Assembly (NCBI GenBank): GCA_035221665.1
Contig: CM069135.1
Location: forward strand, 33,232,001-33,296,000
DNA from: Okamejei kenojei
Taxonomy: Eukaryota
Length of the DNA stretch: 64,000 nucleotides
Direction of reading: 5' to 3'
Below the pieces are notes generated by a model. The model worked only from the letters and a program-made list of their open reading frames with translations, did not search any database and was not told the DNA's origin. Both the position numbers and the translations under genes were made by a program. Each line of letters opens with the position of its first letter. The stretch's first letter is position 1. Shown here in pieces: positions 14,044 through 26,203 of this stretch.

Positions 14044-15689
14044 TAATGTAACATAGGGTTATTCCTATGCAGAGGGTTTGTCTCTTTTTCTCAAGAAGGA
14101 TATGCCTATCTTGAATGTAGTGTAACAAATTATTGCGAAAAGAGGGCTGTCTGTGAAGTAAGCTTGAATAGAATGTATTTAGGATTGAGGTTATGAGGAA
14201 CTTTCACATGAAAGCTGATGAATCCTAGGAATTTTTGAAACAGAGGAAAATTGACATTTAATTGTTGAATCAAATAAAGGATCAATAGATTTTGGACATA
14301 CTAAAAAAGTATGGAGTTTGAGTGAAATTAAGTTGAGGGAGATCAGTAATGATTTTGTGAACTGTGGGCTTCTTATTCCACTTCACATGTTCTGATGGTG
14401 AAAGATTGAAATTGAAGCTGTGCACATGGCCAAAATTGCAGGACAGAAGAAGATTACAGGATTGATTGAGGCAACATAGAAAATAATAGGATAGAGTGAA
14501 GAACAACATTGAGTGATTTGAATCCATAAAGAAAATTCAAGGTCGATTGAACTTTTGAAAGCACAGGAAATATGAGTTAATGGGCTCGATAAGAATAAAT
14601 TCATGGTCAAAAGGTTTGGATTGCTTGTTAATGCAAGACATGGGAAGAGAGCCAGATAAAGAAACCAAATATGGAGCATGTCTCCAATCCAACAGCAAAT
14701 GCCAACACTATTCAGCAGGTTGACAGACCATGAACAAAAACGGAACAGAGCTAACGTTTCACATCATTCATTTTTCATCAGAGTTCGTCAATTCTAGAGG
14801 CAACTTCTAGAGGAAGTAGATGAACTTGGTGAGACATCAATAGTGTGAGTCCAGGATACAGGGACATTACCTTAAGACTACAGGCCAGCAATTAAAGACT
14901 GAAAAGAGTGGTGAAAATCATGGACTCTTTTCTAAAAGTCTCCAATCACTGAATCAATTCTCACTACGTGCACTGAGATCAAAATTCTCATAAGGTAAAG
15001 GTCACAAAGTATATGAAGATATAACAGTAAAATGAATCCCAGATACCTTCAGCAACAATCTAGATAAAAGTTGGGAAGTTGAAGTAATGGGGTGTCCTAT
15101 TCTTGCTTTCACATTGCAATGTTCTAGGTCCAGCTTCGAAGGGACCTTGAGCAGTCTCTTCCAAAAAGATAAAACTGTTGTTGACTTCTAAGAGTTTGAT
15201 TGACCTTTGATGGTCAACCTCTCACCCTCCCACGATCTAGTCTGTTAATGTATTTAGAGGATTTTACCTATGAAGTAAGCTTGAATAGAATGTATTGAGG
15301 TTATGAGCAACTTTCACATGAAAGGTGATGAATCCTAGGAATTTTCAAAACAGAGGAAACATAGACAAACCCCAGTTTGTTGATAGCATATGAATGCAAT
15401 ATGAACTTGAACTCTGAGCAGAGATCTTGTTGATATCATCAATCTAAACAATTTGCCAGGGTCACAATGAAACCATGAACTTATAATGCCTTATCTTCTC
15501 CATCAGGATATCACAAGTAATCAATTCTGAATTGCAGTTTTTTATATAAAACAGAGTAGCCATGGAGGACCTGGAGTCCTACTTACAAGTTAATTAAGGA
15601 TAGAGCCAAATGAGATAATTCTCAAGAAATATAGTGCCTATCATGACCTCAGGAACTATCAGTGTGTTTTGCACCCAGTAGATTACTTA

Positions 15690-16270
15690 TAAGGCATAAT
15701 TACCATTATAATATCGGAAATGTGGCAGCCAATTTGGACACAGCAAGCAGCCACAAACAGCAGTGCGACAATGACTGGTGATATTAGTTTCAGAAATACA
15801 GTGCGGAAACAGGCCCGTCAACCCACAAAGTCTGCGCTGACCAGCAATCCCCGTACACTCTCACTATCCAACCCATTAGGGACAATTTCCAATCTTTGAC
15901 CAAAGCCAATCAACTTACAGACCTGTCCATCTTTGGAGTGTGGAAGGGAACCGGAGCACCCGGGGAAAACCCACGCTGTCATGGGGAATGTACAAACTCC
16001 ATAGAGACAGCGACCATTGTCAGGATCGAAACCGGGTCTCTGGCGCTAAGGCAGCCACGCTACCGTTATGCCACCATGCCGCACAAAGGCAACAGAACCT
16101 TCATATTCACCTTTCAACTGAACATTTAATATGAAAGAAGGCACCTGTGATAGTACATTCACGTTCAACATTACATTGGAGTGTCAGCCTAATATTTATT
16201 TCCAAGTCTCTGGAGCCCAAGACCTTTTGACACAGCGGCATGTATGTGACAAACTGAACCAAGCCAACTG
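15690..16270 (-). mobile_element. Ancient SacSINE1/Deu-SINE-like element, interrupted by a younger SINE
   Basis: Minus strand ctccagagacttgg...taggctgacactcca...ggtgccttctttca resembles the recalled SacSINE1 head/Deu domain. The tail gtggcagccaatttggacacagcaag lies at 15720-15750. Confidence 0.55.
15786..16085 (-). mobile_element. HE1/V-SINE-like SINE
   Basis: tRNA-like head (minus strand gcggcatggtggcataacggtagc...ggtttcgatcc), V-domain and CR1-shared tail. Confidence 0.85.
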
Positions 16271-18351
16271 AATGTTCCTTCACTTTTTCTTGAATAGTCG
16301 ACGAATGCACTGGGTTTTCAGCTGGGACAGTGAATAATCATTCCGTGTACATCTTCAAGAGAGAGCAGAGTCTGTTACCCCATGGGGATAACATCAAATT
16401 TTCTATGCAGTGGTTATATTCAACACACAGGTAATATAATCTCCCAGACTAGTTTGAGGAGAGGGATTTTCTGATGATTGGTAGTTTATTGTAGTTTATG
16501 AGATTTACACCACTCAGATCTCCGATTGAACGGGGACTAGTTTTATTACAACTTAATTGCTGTAACTTGCACGTCTCCAAATGGTGCTATGCAGTCGAAA
16601 ATCAATTGGACAAAAATTTTGCACACATTTCTGCAATATTTTAACACATTTGATTCCAGATTTTTCAAAAGTACTTTATTTTGTGCCAGCATCATTTCCA
16701 AAATAAAACTTTCCCAGATAATGTCAACAATGATCGAACACCCAATATTCATCTCCAATATGATTTTCAAACTAACTGCTCTGATGAAAGATTGTTGTTA
16801 TTTGCGTATATCATTCAGGAGCAGGTACACAGATTAAAATATATTGCAGGCTTTCCCAAAGAGCAGGCTCACGTGTAGTATTACTCCTTGGAGACCTCTC
16901 TGGCAATGTCCCGCCAAGAACTCTTGGCTGCAGCCATGAAGGGTTCTTTTGGTTCTCTGTCACAAATCAAAGATGCTTCTTGCAGGCACTGTTCTTCACC
17001 AGCCTGCCCAGGTCCCTCTGATCACACGAGGCACTCTCCCACCTCCCCACCACCAGCTTCCACCTTCGTAGCATCATTTCTTTAGCCAGTACTCAGAGAA
17101 GGTCTCTTGTTTAGCAATAGGCCGCTTTAAGAACCAATTGCCAGGCTCATTACTGCTGGGCTGAATGCTGGTGGCTGCAAGATCTTGCAGTAGACCGGCA
17201 GAGTTATACCACACTGAAGCTGGCAACAGTTTCTGCATTAGACAGAGAACCTCTATAATGCTGTTCTTGCAGCCCATGCTATTTGTAGGATTCCCAAAAA
17301 ACTGTGGTTGGGTGGTGCACAGTGCTGTTATAACTCCAAAAACAAGGCAATTTCAATATACAGAAGTCTGGAGAACAGTTGGAAAAATCAGTTAGTCTTT
17401 TCCAAATCAGATTGTAGTGTCTGATAATTTGTCTTTACTATTGTTATTCAAGGAAATGCAGCTCGTCTTTGCATACACCATACTTTAACAAATAGTTATG
17501 AATTGTTTGACCAAATCAGATCATTTTCATCTTATTGGTTGGGCTAAAACCTATCACCTTTAACGTATGCCATGTAATTTTAGACTCCCCTGGGAAAACA
17601 CTGGGCAATGCACCTTATCTATGCCTCTCAAGATTTTATAAGCGATTTCAATGTTTGAGAATTTTGTGCAAGTGTTCTGTGATCCTTTGCTCACTCACTG
17701 TCCACATTAAACCATTTGATTATTCATGACTCTCTTTATTCTTTTCTCCATGCAAAATAATTTAGAGGCAAAATATAACACTGCCCACCCAATGGACACC
17801 AGCTGAGAGAACAGTAGAAATCACCGCCAATTCTTACCTGTCGTTATGTCACTGGGATCTGACAGTCTCAGACTTCTGCCTGTTTCTCTGCCTAGTTTAG
17901 TTTGAGGCTGATATTTTAACAATGATGCCCACCTGTGAAGCAATCATTTGCAGTAGGTCAAACAAGGTGGAGGTGGTGTGATAAGAGATCCAAAAGGGTA
18001 CGTTTTTTTTTTTTCCTTAAGATTTTTCAGTTGAAACCTGGAAGAGCAGTAGCAGCTGAACTCAATTCTTGGTAAAACCCCAATCACTGATCTTTTCTCT
18101 GGAGTAAGAGCTATGTTTCTGACTTATAATGCTGCATACCTTCTGAGAACTGAGGTGAAGCATGGGGCTTAATTTATTTGTATTTCAATGAACTGAATGT
18201 TCTTCCTTCTTCTTTGACCCAAGGCTGAAGACTGGAATCTGAAATATAAATTATTGTTCTTTGGTTATGAAGAATAGTGCGGCCTGGTGGCGCAGCGGTA
18301 GAATGGCTGCCTTACAGTGCCAGAGACCCGCGTTCGATCCTGGCAATGGGT

Positions 18352-19056
18352 CATAATCATAGAGTGATACAGTGTGGAAACAGGCCCTTTGACCCAACTT
18401 GTCCACACAGCCCAACATGTCCCAACTACACTAGTCCCACCTGCCTGCGCTTGGTCCATATCCCTCCAAACCTGTCCTATCTATGTACCTGTCTAACTGT
18501 TTCTTAAATGTTGGGATAGTCCCAGGGCTGGATTAAGACCCATAGAGGCCCTAAGCACTTAAAAGATTTTGGTGCCCCCATATATATGTAATTCAAAATA
18601 TAAACAATAATAAACCATAAAATATTTTGTTATTTTTCAAAATGAAACAAAACTAACAGTAAGATGGAAAATAATGTTTATTTTTGTATACTTCCACTTT
18701 ATTTATATTTGAAAAGTTTTCTCCTACTTTTTTTAAATTGCAAGTCTTTGATCAGATCCTCAAAATTAATCTTACGTAACACATCTGCTTCTATACTTAG
18801 TATAGATAAGGCATCCACCATGAACACTTCAAAATTATATTTCCGATCATATAAAGCACCAAATATTATTTTAGCAAGTTTAAAGTGATTTATTTTGTGA
18901 TGTAAACCATTTACCATTTCTGTGTTGCCCCCCTTCCCTTGATGCCCTAAGCATGTGCTTATTTTGCTTGATTGATCCAGCCCTGGATAATCCTAGCCTC
19001 AACTACTTCCTCTGGCAGCTTGTTCCATGCACCCACCACACTTTGTGTGAAAAAAT
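18352..19056 (-). mobile_element. CR1 3' fragment inserted in the SINE and itself split by a hAT element
   Basis: Tail catagagtgatacagtgtggaaacaggccc. The distal part translates FFTQSVVGAWNKLPEEVVEA. Confidence 0.8.
18523..18985 (-). mobile_element. Non-autonomous hAT transposon retaining the transposase C-terminus
   Basis: TIRs CAGGGCTGGAT and ATCCAGCCCTG, 8-bp TSD GATAGTCC/GATAATCC. Minus-strand peptide DALSILSIEADVLRKINFEDLIKD..KKSRRK resembles the hAT C-terminal dimerisation region. Confidence 0.85.
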
Positions 19057-19571
19057 GTGTACAAGGTGCTGTCTGTACGGAGTTTGTACATTCTCCCCGT
19101 GGCCTGCGTGGGTTTTCTCCGGTTGCTCCAGTTTCCTCCCACACTCCAAAGATGTACAGGTTTGTAGGCTAATTGGCTTGGTAAAAATTGTAAATTGTCC
19201 CAATTGTGTGTAGGATAGTGTTGGTGTGCGGGGATCGCTGATCGGCGCAGACTCGGTCGGCTGAAGGGCCTGTTTCCGTGCTTTATCTCTAAATTAATCT
19301 CTTTCAAGGTCCACACCAATACTGTATGTTTCCCAGCATGTGAAGATCACTCCTCCCATCCCTGGTCTTGCCAGTTTAACAGCCAGCTCCATGTCAAGGC
19401 CTCCTAATATCACACCAGCCCAGGAATCTGCAAATGCTCAGGGCCATGGTCGTTAAAACCTATTCCTAATTCTACCCTTGACAAATAATGTGAGCACAAT
19501 ATTTCCTTTAAATGTACTCTGCTCGCAGGAAAATGTGTTATATTACAATATAACATCTAAGTAAAGAGAGT

Positions 19572-20473
19572 GTGTGAACTGTGAGGAGGATGCTATGAGA
19601 ATGCAGGGTGACTTGGACAGGTTGGGGGAGGGGGCAGATGCATGGCAGATTAAGTTTAATGCAGATAAATGTGAGGTTATGCACTTTGGTAGCAAAAACA
19701 GGAAGGCAGATTACTATCTAAATGGTGTCAAGTTGGCAAAAGGGGAAGTACAACGGGACCTGGGGGTCCTTGTACATCAGTCTATGAAAGTAAGCATGCA
19801 GCTACAGCAGGGAGTGAAGAAAGCGAATGGCATGTTGGCCTTTATAACAAGAGGAATTGAATATAGGAGCAAAGAGGTCCTTCTGCAGTTGTACAGAGCC
19901 CTAGTGAGACCACACCTGGAGTATTGTGTGCAGTTTTGATCCTCTAATTTGAGGAAGGACATTCTTGCTATTGAGGGAGTGCAGATTAGGTTTACAAGGT
20001 TAATTCCCGGGGTGGCGGGACTGTCATATGCTGAGAGAATGGAGCAGCTGGGCTTGTGCACTCTGGAGTTTAGAAGGATGAGAGGATATCTCATTGAAAC
20101 ATATAAGATTGTTAAGGGTTTGCTAGAGGCAGGAAACATGTTCCCAATGTTGGGGGTGTCCAGAACCAGGGACCACAGTTTAAGAATAAGGTGTAGGCCA
20201 TTTAGAATGGAGATGAGGACACACTTTTTCCTCACAGAGAGTGGTGAGTTTGTGGAATTCTCTGCCGCAGAGGGCTGTGGAGGCAGGTTCTCTGGATGCT
20301 TTCAGGAGAGAGCTAGATAGGGTTCTTAAAAATAGCAGAGTCAAGGGATATGGGGAGAAGGCAGGAACGGGGTGCTGATTGGGGATGATCAGCCATGATC
20401 ACATTGAATGGCAGTGCTGGCTCGAAGGGCCGAATGGCCTACTCCTGCACATTGTTTATTGTCTATTGTCTAT
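19572..20473 (+). mobile_element. 5'-truncated CR1 LINE (RT C-terminus, 3' UTR, (ATTGTCT)n tail)
   Basis: WQIKFNADKCEVMHFG...LYRALVRPHLEYCVQF* followed by RKDILAIEGVQIRFTRLIPG. Confidence 0.93.
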
Positions 20474-21359
20474 AGTTAAAACTGTTCAAATATTAATAGG
20501 AATAGCATCAATGAATCCATAAAATCTGTCAATCCAGCATTGCCAAAATCCCAAGCAGGATATTACTCCATTTCAAAAATGCCATGTTGTATGCTTTGTA
20601 CTCCCAGATAAAAACAAATATATTCCTCTCTGCATTGAAAGCAACCTGTAAGGGTTAGAAAAAAACATGGATGTTCAATTAAGTAGACTGAATTACCATA
20701 TTTATGCACCACTTTTTAAATACTATCACACATTGCTCCAATAGCTGACCATTCACCTATCTGTTTCTGTTCTGTGGCACATTACAGAGTGGAATGACAT
20801 ACAGATTCATTATATGGTACATTTACCTAATTTTGTACCCGACCCATTTTCTGCTGATATTCTTGAAACTTGCCTGACCATCTGCTATTTATTTTTCATA
20901 CCAAGGAATTAGTGCTAATGTGATCACTCAATTTTAATTTCTCGTCTTCCCAGTTTTATGCACATCTTGACTTACCAGGTGTGATAGAAAATTAAGAGAA
21001 TTGAAGATTTCTTCCTATTGTTTACATTGCTGTCAACTACTTTACATTCTCCCTTAATTCTGTGTTGTGGGGGACTGCTAATTGTTCTCACTTATACTTT
21101 CTGACAACGAAATAAGTGGAAATTGAGTGTGCTCTTTAAAGGGCCAGTGATCCGCTCTGCATGATTACTGTGGATGAAAGGAAAAAATATATCTAACAGT
21201 TATTATGTAGGAGCTCCTCATTACCTTTCACTCTTGGAAGAGAAGGATAAGCAATGGAAGGATGCTGGGCTGAGCGCATGCCACCTACCCAATGGAACGT
21301 TCAAAGCAAGCACAAGAAATTCCAGCTTATCTTTGGCTGAGCAACAATGAACAAAAGAG

Positions 21360-21690
21360 GCACAGAGTCAGTCGACACAAAAACAGATTCTTTGATCCAC
21401 TGACTCCGCACCAAACATTTGGCATCCATTTACACTAATCCTCCACTAATCCTATTTTATTCACTCTGCAGTCAAATCAAGTCCACACAGGTACTACCTA
21501 CCGCTCAACTACACACTAGGGCCTGCCAACCCTTTGGGATGATACTTTATGGGATGTGGTAGGAAACCAGAGTACCTGGAGGAAACCCATGGAGTCACAG
21601 GGAGAACATGCAAACCATATGGCACCGGAGGTAAAGATTGAACCCGAACCACTGGAGCTGTGTGGGAGCAGCACTATGGGCTGCACCCAC
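21360..21690 (-). mobile_element. Diverged V-SINE-like SINE
   Basis: gggatgtggtaggaaaccagagtacctggaggaaacccatggagtcacagggagaacatgcaaa is the reverse of the V-domain. Confidence 0.75.
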
Positions 21691-22699
21691 TGTGCTTATA
21701 AAGACACATTTAATTTCAATGTGCAGACTCATTCTAGGCTGCCAACCAGGAACATATGCAATTTTAGCAAAACAGCTGCTCACAGATGTACTTAAGCAAA
21801 TTACAGGCGGCTTAATATTACCAGCAATATAGCGCAGAGTAGACAGTTTCCCATTGTCTGGGAACTCACCGATTTGACCCATATTCCCATTCATAAAGAT
21901 TGATCCCTGGTCAGTGCCAAAAACGAAAAACTGCACAAATGAGTGACAATTATTATTGTCACAGAGGATGAATTTCTCAGCATTTTAGTTAATAATGTGT
22001 GAAAGGCAGTCTCTGGTCAGATTCTCAGTGCCTATCAGCTGGACCTTCTTGATGTCTGAGCATCCTCCAAAGATTGCAATGGCACGGAGGTTTACAGAGC
22101 CGCCAGGGTAATCACTGAATACATCACTGGAATGGTGAATATTTGCTTTTGATGATAATATTGATGTGCAAATAGATGGCAATACAGCCAGGAAGAGATC
22201 CAACATGTGAAAATCAAAAATATCACAAATGCTGGAAATTTGAATTTAAAAAAAATTGCTGGAATCATTCAAAAGGTTAGGCAGTGTGTAGAGTTCATGT
22301 TACAGGTCCAGGACTGTGTCTCTTTCTACAGCTGTTGCCTGCCTGCTGAGTGTTTCCAGCAAGTTATGTTTTACCCAAGGCTTGTGGGGGTGTGCTTCAG
22401 ATCACCTGCAAGATTCAAGGACACCAAGGAAACCGAGATGGTAAAGAAGGGCAGAAGCAACTGCAGTGAAGGCTACAGCCCAAGGACATGTTGTGCTCAG
22501 TGCAGCCTAACAGAACTAATGGAAGCCTGATAATAGCTGTAAATAAATGAAACAAAAGATGCCACTTTTTCAACTTTTAGATGGGTAGGGTTTTTTTTTA
22601 AATTCTTCATTTGTCAATTAAGTCTCTAATCAAGTTCCCTTAATCTGAGCAAGAGGGCGAAGCCCCAATTTTTTGTCACTATTTTTTAACATCACAACA

Positions 22700-23245
22700 C
22701 TTGCGAATCTCTACAGTTGCACTATCGGGCTGCATCATAGCTCGGTTAGGGAACCGCTCTGCCCAAGACCGCAAAATTGCAGAGAGTCTATCACACAGAT
22801 TAAACTCCTCACCATCGACTCCATCTACACTTTACGCTACCTTGGGAAAACAACCAACATACTCCGTACCCTTTTCATCCCGCTCCCCATTTCCATTGCG
22901 CAGGAAATATAGAAGCTTGAAAGCAGGTGCTGTATCACCAGACACAGGAACAGCTTCTTCCCCTAAGTTATTAGACTTCTGAATGGTCCTCCCACAAGCA
23001 AGGGTGTGGTCCAAATCTTCCAACCTACCTCATTCCAGAGTTTGGACCTTTTCTCTGGAACTGCAATGCTACATTGCTGAAAAACTATAGTCTGCCCAGT
23101 GATATTATTTTCTTTTCTATACTTGTTGTACTTGTGTATGGCTTGATTGTATCATGCCTCGTATCCAATTTAATTGGATATACCTTGTATGTAAACAAGA
23201 GCTTTTCACTGTATCTCAGTACACATGACAATAATAAACCAATAC
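22700..23245 (+). mobile_element. Rex1/Babar-like LINE 3' fragment
   Basis: LSGCIIARLGNRSAQDRK...RKYRSLKA...SFFP, with tail gcttttcactgtatctcagtacacatgacaataataaacc. Confidence 0.75.
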
Positions 23246-23885
23246 CAACAGTGGGGCACCTTGGGGGATCTACTGAATTGCAGTCCACTTGTCCAAATTA
23301 TTTAAATGGCAATGAAAATAAACCTGAGGATTTATGGCAGTGTCACCTTTCTTTGCTGAACAGGTAAAAGTTCCTGCTGTTGAATTTCTGGCAGAGTAGT
23401 ATTCCAGTAACGGTGTGCTGGGACACAATGCCACCATACTTCCTCTTTGGGGTCTTGCATCACATGTAAAGTCCTAAACCTGTCCTTGTATTTCACCAGA
23501 GTCATCACTGCATCAGCACTATGCTGCCAACTTGCTGCCACGTTCCACGAAGAAGCTCTGGAACCCGAGTTGTCTTCATCTGCTCAAAGCGAAGTCTGTA
23601 GGCTGGCCTGCTGTAAATTGGGCCTCACATTTTTTTTTCCATTAGACAGCCTATCTTAGTATTCCTTTAGCACATGTCCAAGTATTGTAACAAGCTGCCA
23701 TGGAACTGGCCTATTGTTATAGTACGACATGACCATGTCAGATGGCCATTATTTTAGTCATCTTCTCCATATGGCCATTTTTCTGCAGTAAATTTGACTT
23801 AATAATACTAGTTTAGATGAGAGCAACCCTTGTGACGTTTGTCATCATAATTATTTTAATGTATCAACAGCACACTATCAAAACT

Positions 23886-24085
23886 AGTCACAAAATGCTG
23901 GAGTACCTCAGCGGGAAAGGCAGCATTTCTGATGAGCAGGAATGCGTGACGTTTTGGGTCGAGACCCTTCTTCAGTCTGAAACGTCACCCGTTCCTTCTC
24001 TCCAGAGATGCTGCCTGTCCCGTTGAGTTACTCCAGCATTTTGTGTCTATCTTTGGTTTAAACCAGCATCTGTAGTTTCTTCCTT
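23886..24085. repeat. Fold-back Penelope-derived repeat with a hammerhead-like core
   Basis: Inverted arms cacaaaatgctggagtacctcagcggga and tcccgttgagttactccagcattttgtg. The minus strand of 23948-23975 reads CTGAAGAAGGGTCTCGACCCAAAACGTC. Confidence 0.8.
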
Positions 24086-24529
24086 CACGCACTATCCATA
24101 CTAGTACCTTGCCTTTTCTCAGAAACCCTTCTCAACATCGGAAGATGAAGCTCAGCAACCTTCATGGCTTTTTCCTGGAAGTTTCCACTGTAACCATGGA
24201 GTGGCCATAATCCAGAAAGGACAGGAATAATGCAATGTATTTGTGCATTGTACTGCATATTTGGTTTGGGGCAACTCTCCACACAATCCATGTGCAGTAC
24301 ACTGTTTGACATTGCTATCAACGCCTGCATATATCATTGATGGTCTTGTTCATCTGTTAAAATTAGTAACCAGGATCTACAGCTACCTGTAATTTACCTT
24401 CAACATCCAGTCTGTTCCTCTCTGTGTGTTACCACTAGCTACTCTATATGTCATCCAATGCACTCCTCTCTGGGTCACCATCTCATTCCCCTCAGGGAGC
24501 ATATAGCAAGTTAAAGAGTGAGTGATCGT

Positions 24530-24728
24530 AACACAAAGTGCTGAAATAACCCAGCGGACCAGGCACCATCCATGGAAGGAATTGGCAGACAACGTTTCGG
24601 GTCGGCACCTTTCTTCAGACTGAGTAAGTTATCTACCCATTCCCTCCACAGCTGCCTAACCCACTAAATTACTTCAGCACTTTGTGTTTTGCTGAACATT
24701 CCAGCATCTGCAGTCCCTTGTGTCTCCA
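24530..24728. repeat. Fold-back Penelope-derived repeat with a hammerhead-like core
   Basis: Arms acacaaagtgctgaa and ttcagcactttgtgt. Minus strand CTGAAGAAAGGTGCCGACCCGAAACGTT at 24591-24618. Confidence 0.75.
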
Positions 24729-25889
24729 AAGAGAGCTTGGTGATACGTTTTGCAGAAACAGAGTGACAAGTCCCTGTTTTTGCTTCTTCTGGCACAGCTA
24801 AAGGATGAAAAGAGGAAGAGCATTAGAATAAGGAGAGAAGACTAAATATTGCATTTCATTTTAACAGAGGAGTAATACAAGTATTTTGGAATATACCTTT
24901 TGTGAAAACAAATATCACAGAGAGCAGGAAGGCGAGAAGGAAGAGATGCAAAATGTCATCATAAACCTGTATATAGCACTTCCCTTTCTCCAACAACTGC
25001 CACTGCCTCACTCCCCCGAACATGGAGCAGTATTTCATCATAAGGACTGAAGGAAAATAGTTTTAAGGTTCATCATTTGATGTTGTTCTCTGACTGGCAT
25101 TATGACTGTCTTATCTTTAAGAAAAAATACACAAGTTAAGAATTACCCTGGGATAAATCCAAATGTTAGCATGCAGCCCGTTGTAGTTGTAATGGCAAGT
25201 GTTTGCACAAACTAGTTAGATTTCATGTGAAGCTTTTGGTATGGTAATTGTATGTACCCCAGTGTGTGGAAAAAAAAACTTCCTGGAGAAGGCTGGAAAT
25301 GTAAACTACATTAACCAAGCTATTTCAAAGACAAAAATGGAATGCATTTCAAGCGCTTGGAACACAATATGAGGTGAGGTTATCATGAATGATTATCATC
25401 TCAGAATGTGAGAATTGATCTTCCTACCTTGCTTCATCAGGTAAGCCTGCTAAAGTTTTTTTCCTGCATTTATTGCAATGCATGGGTTTGGCATTGACTC
25501 TCACTCTCTTCCTATGTCATCTGAGTCAAGCGCCAATAATGTCTGCATTACTGATCAAAGTCATGGCTTTCCTTTGCATGACTTCTCTTGGCAGCACATC
25601 CTGATTGCTTGGTGAACATCAAGGCATTTTAGCCTTCTGCAGATCTGTTGGGCATTACTTTGGCAGTAACCTGGCTCTTGTGCTCCCTACTTAAATTTTT
25701 GAATCACTTACCAGGTAAGCAGCTGCAGGCCTCAACCAAATCAATCCTTGTTCTCCCTCATCCAACAAGTGATAATGCTTTGGATGCATAAGGCTACTTT
25801 AATTGAGCCAATCTGAAACATTTCTGAAATAGTTTTCTTCACTTCAGTAAGTATGAGTCACACAACACACAACTTCATTCCCTTTATGA

Positions 25890-26043
25890 GTACACAAAAA
25901 GCTGGAGAAACTCAGCGGGTGCAGCAGCATCTAAGGAGCGAAGGAGATAGGCGACGTTTCGGGTCGAGACCCGAAACGTCGCCTATCTCCTTCGCTCCTT
26001 AGATGCTGCTGCACCCGTTGAGTTTCTCCAGCTTTTTGTGTAC
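25890..26043. repeat. 154-bp near-perfect palindrome of the Penelope-derived family
   Basis: 76-bp arms, 2-nt centre (GGGTC-GA-GACCC) and a single mismatch (25915 G / 26018 T). Confidence 0.95.
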
Positions 26044-26084
26044 CCTCGATTCTCCAGCATCTGCAGTTCCTTCTTTAACACTTA

Positions 26085-26203
26085 ATTCCCTTTATCATGT
26101 ATCTGTACACTGTGAATGGCTCGATTGTAATCATGTATTGCCTTTCCGTAACAAAAGCTTTTCACTGTACCTTGGTACACGTGACAATAAACTAAACTAA
26201 ACT
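26085..26203 (+). mobile_element. Rex/Babar-like 3' tail
   Basis: aaagcttttcactgtaccttggtacacgtgacaataaactaaactaaact. Confidence 0.65.

Larger units (their letters stand above)
18281..19290 (+). mobile_element. HE1/V-SINE-like SINE split by nested insertions (head 18281-18351, body about 19065-19290)
   Basis: A-box tggcgcagcgg and B-box gttcgatcc. Resumes at ggtgctgtctgtacggagtttgtacattctcccc and ends gggcctgtttccgtgctttatctctaaa. Confidence 0.85.

Noticed and set aside
16546-17395. Cluster of overlapping short ORFs
   Set aside because: No recognisable domains or splice-consistent frame. Probably chance ORFs or very old retroelement debris.
18281-18351. tRNA gene
   Set aside because: The A and B boxes belong to a tRNA-derived SINE head that continues into a V-domain. 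No full cloverleaf is present.
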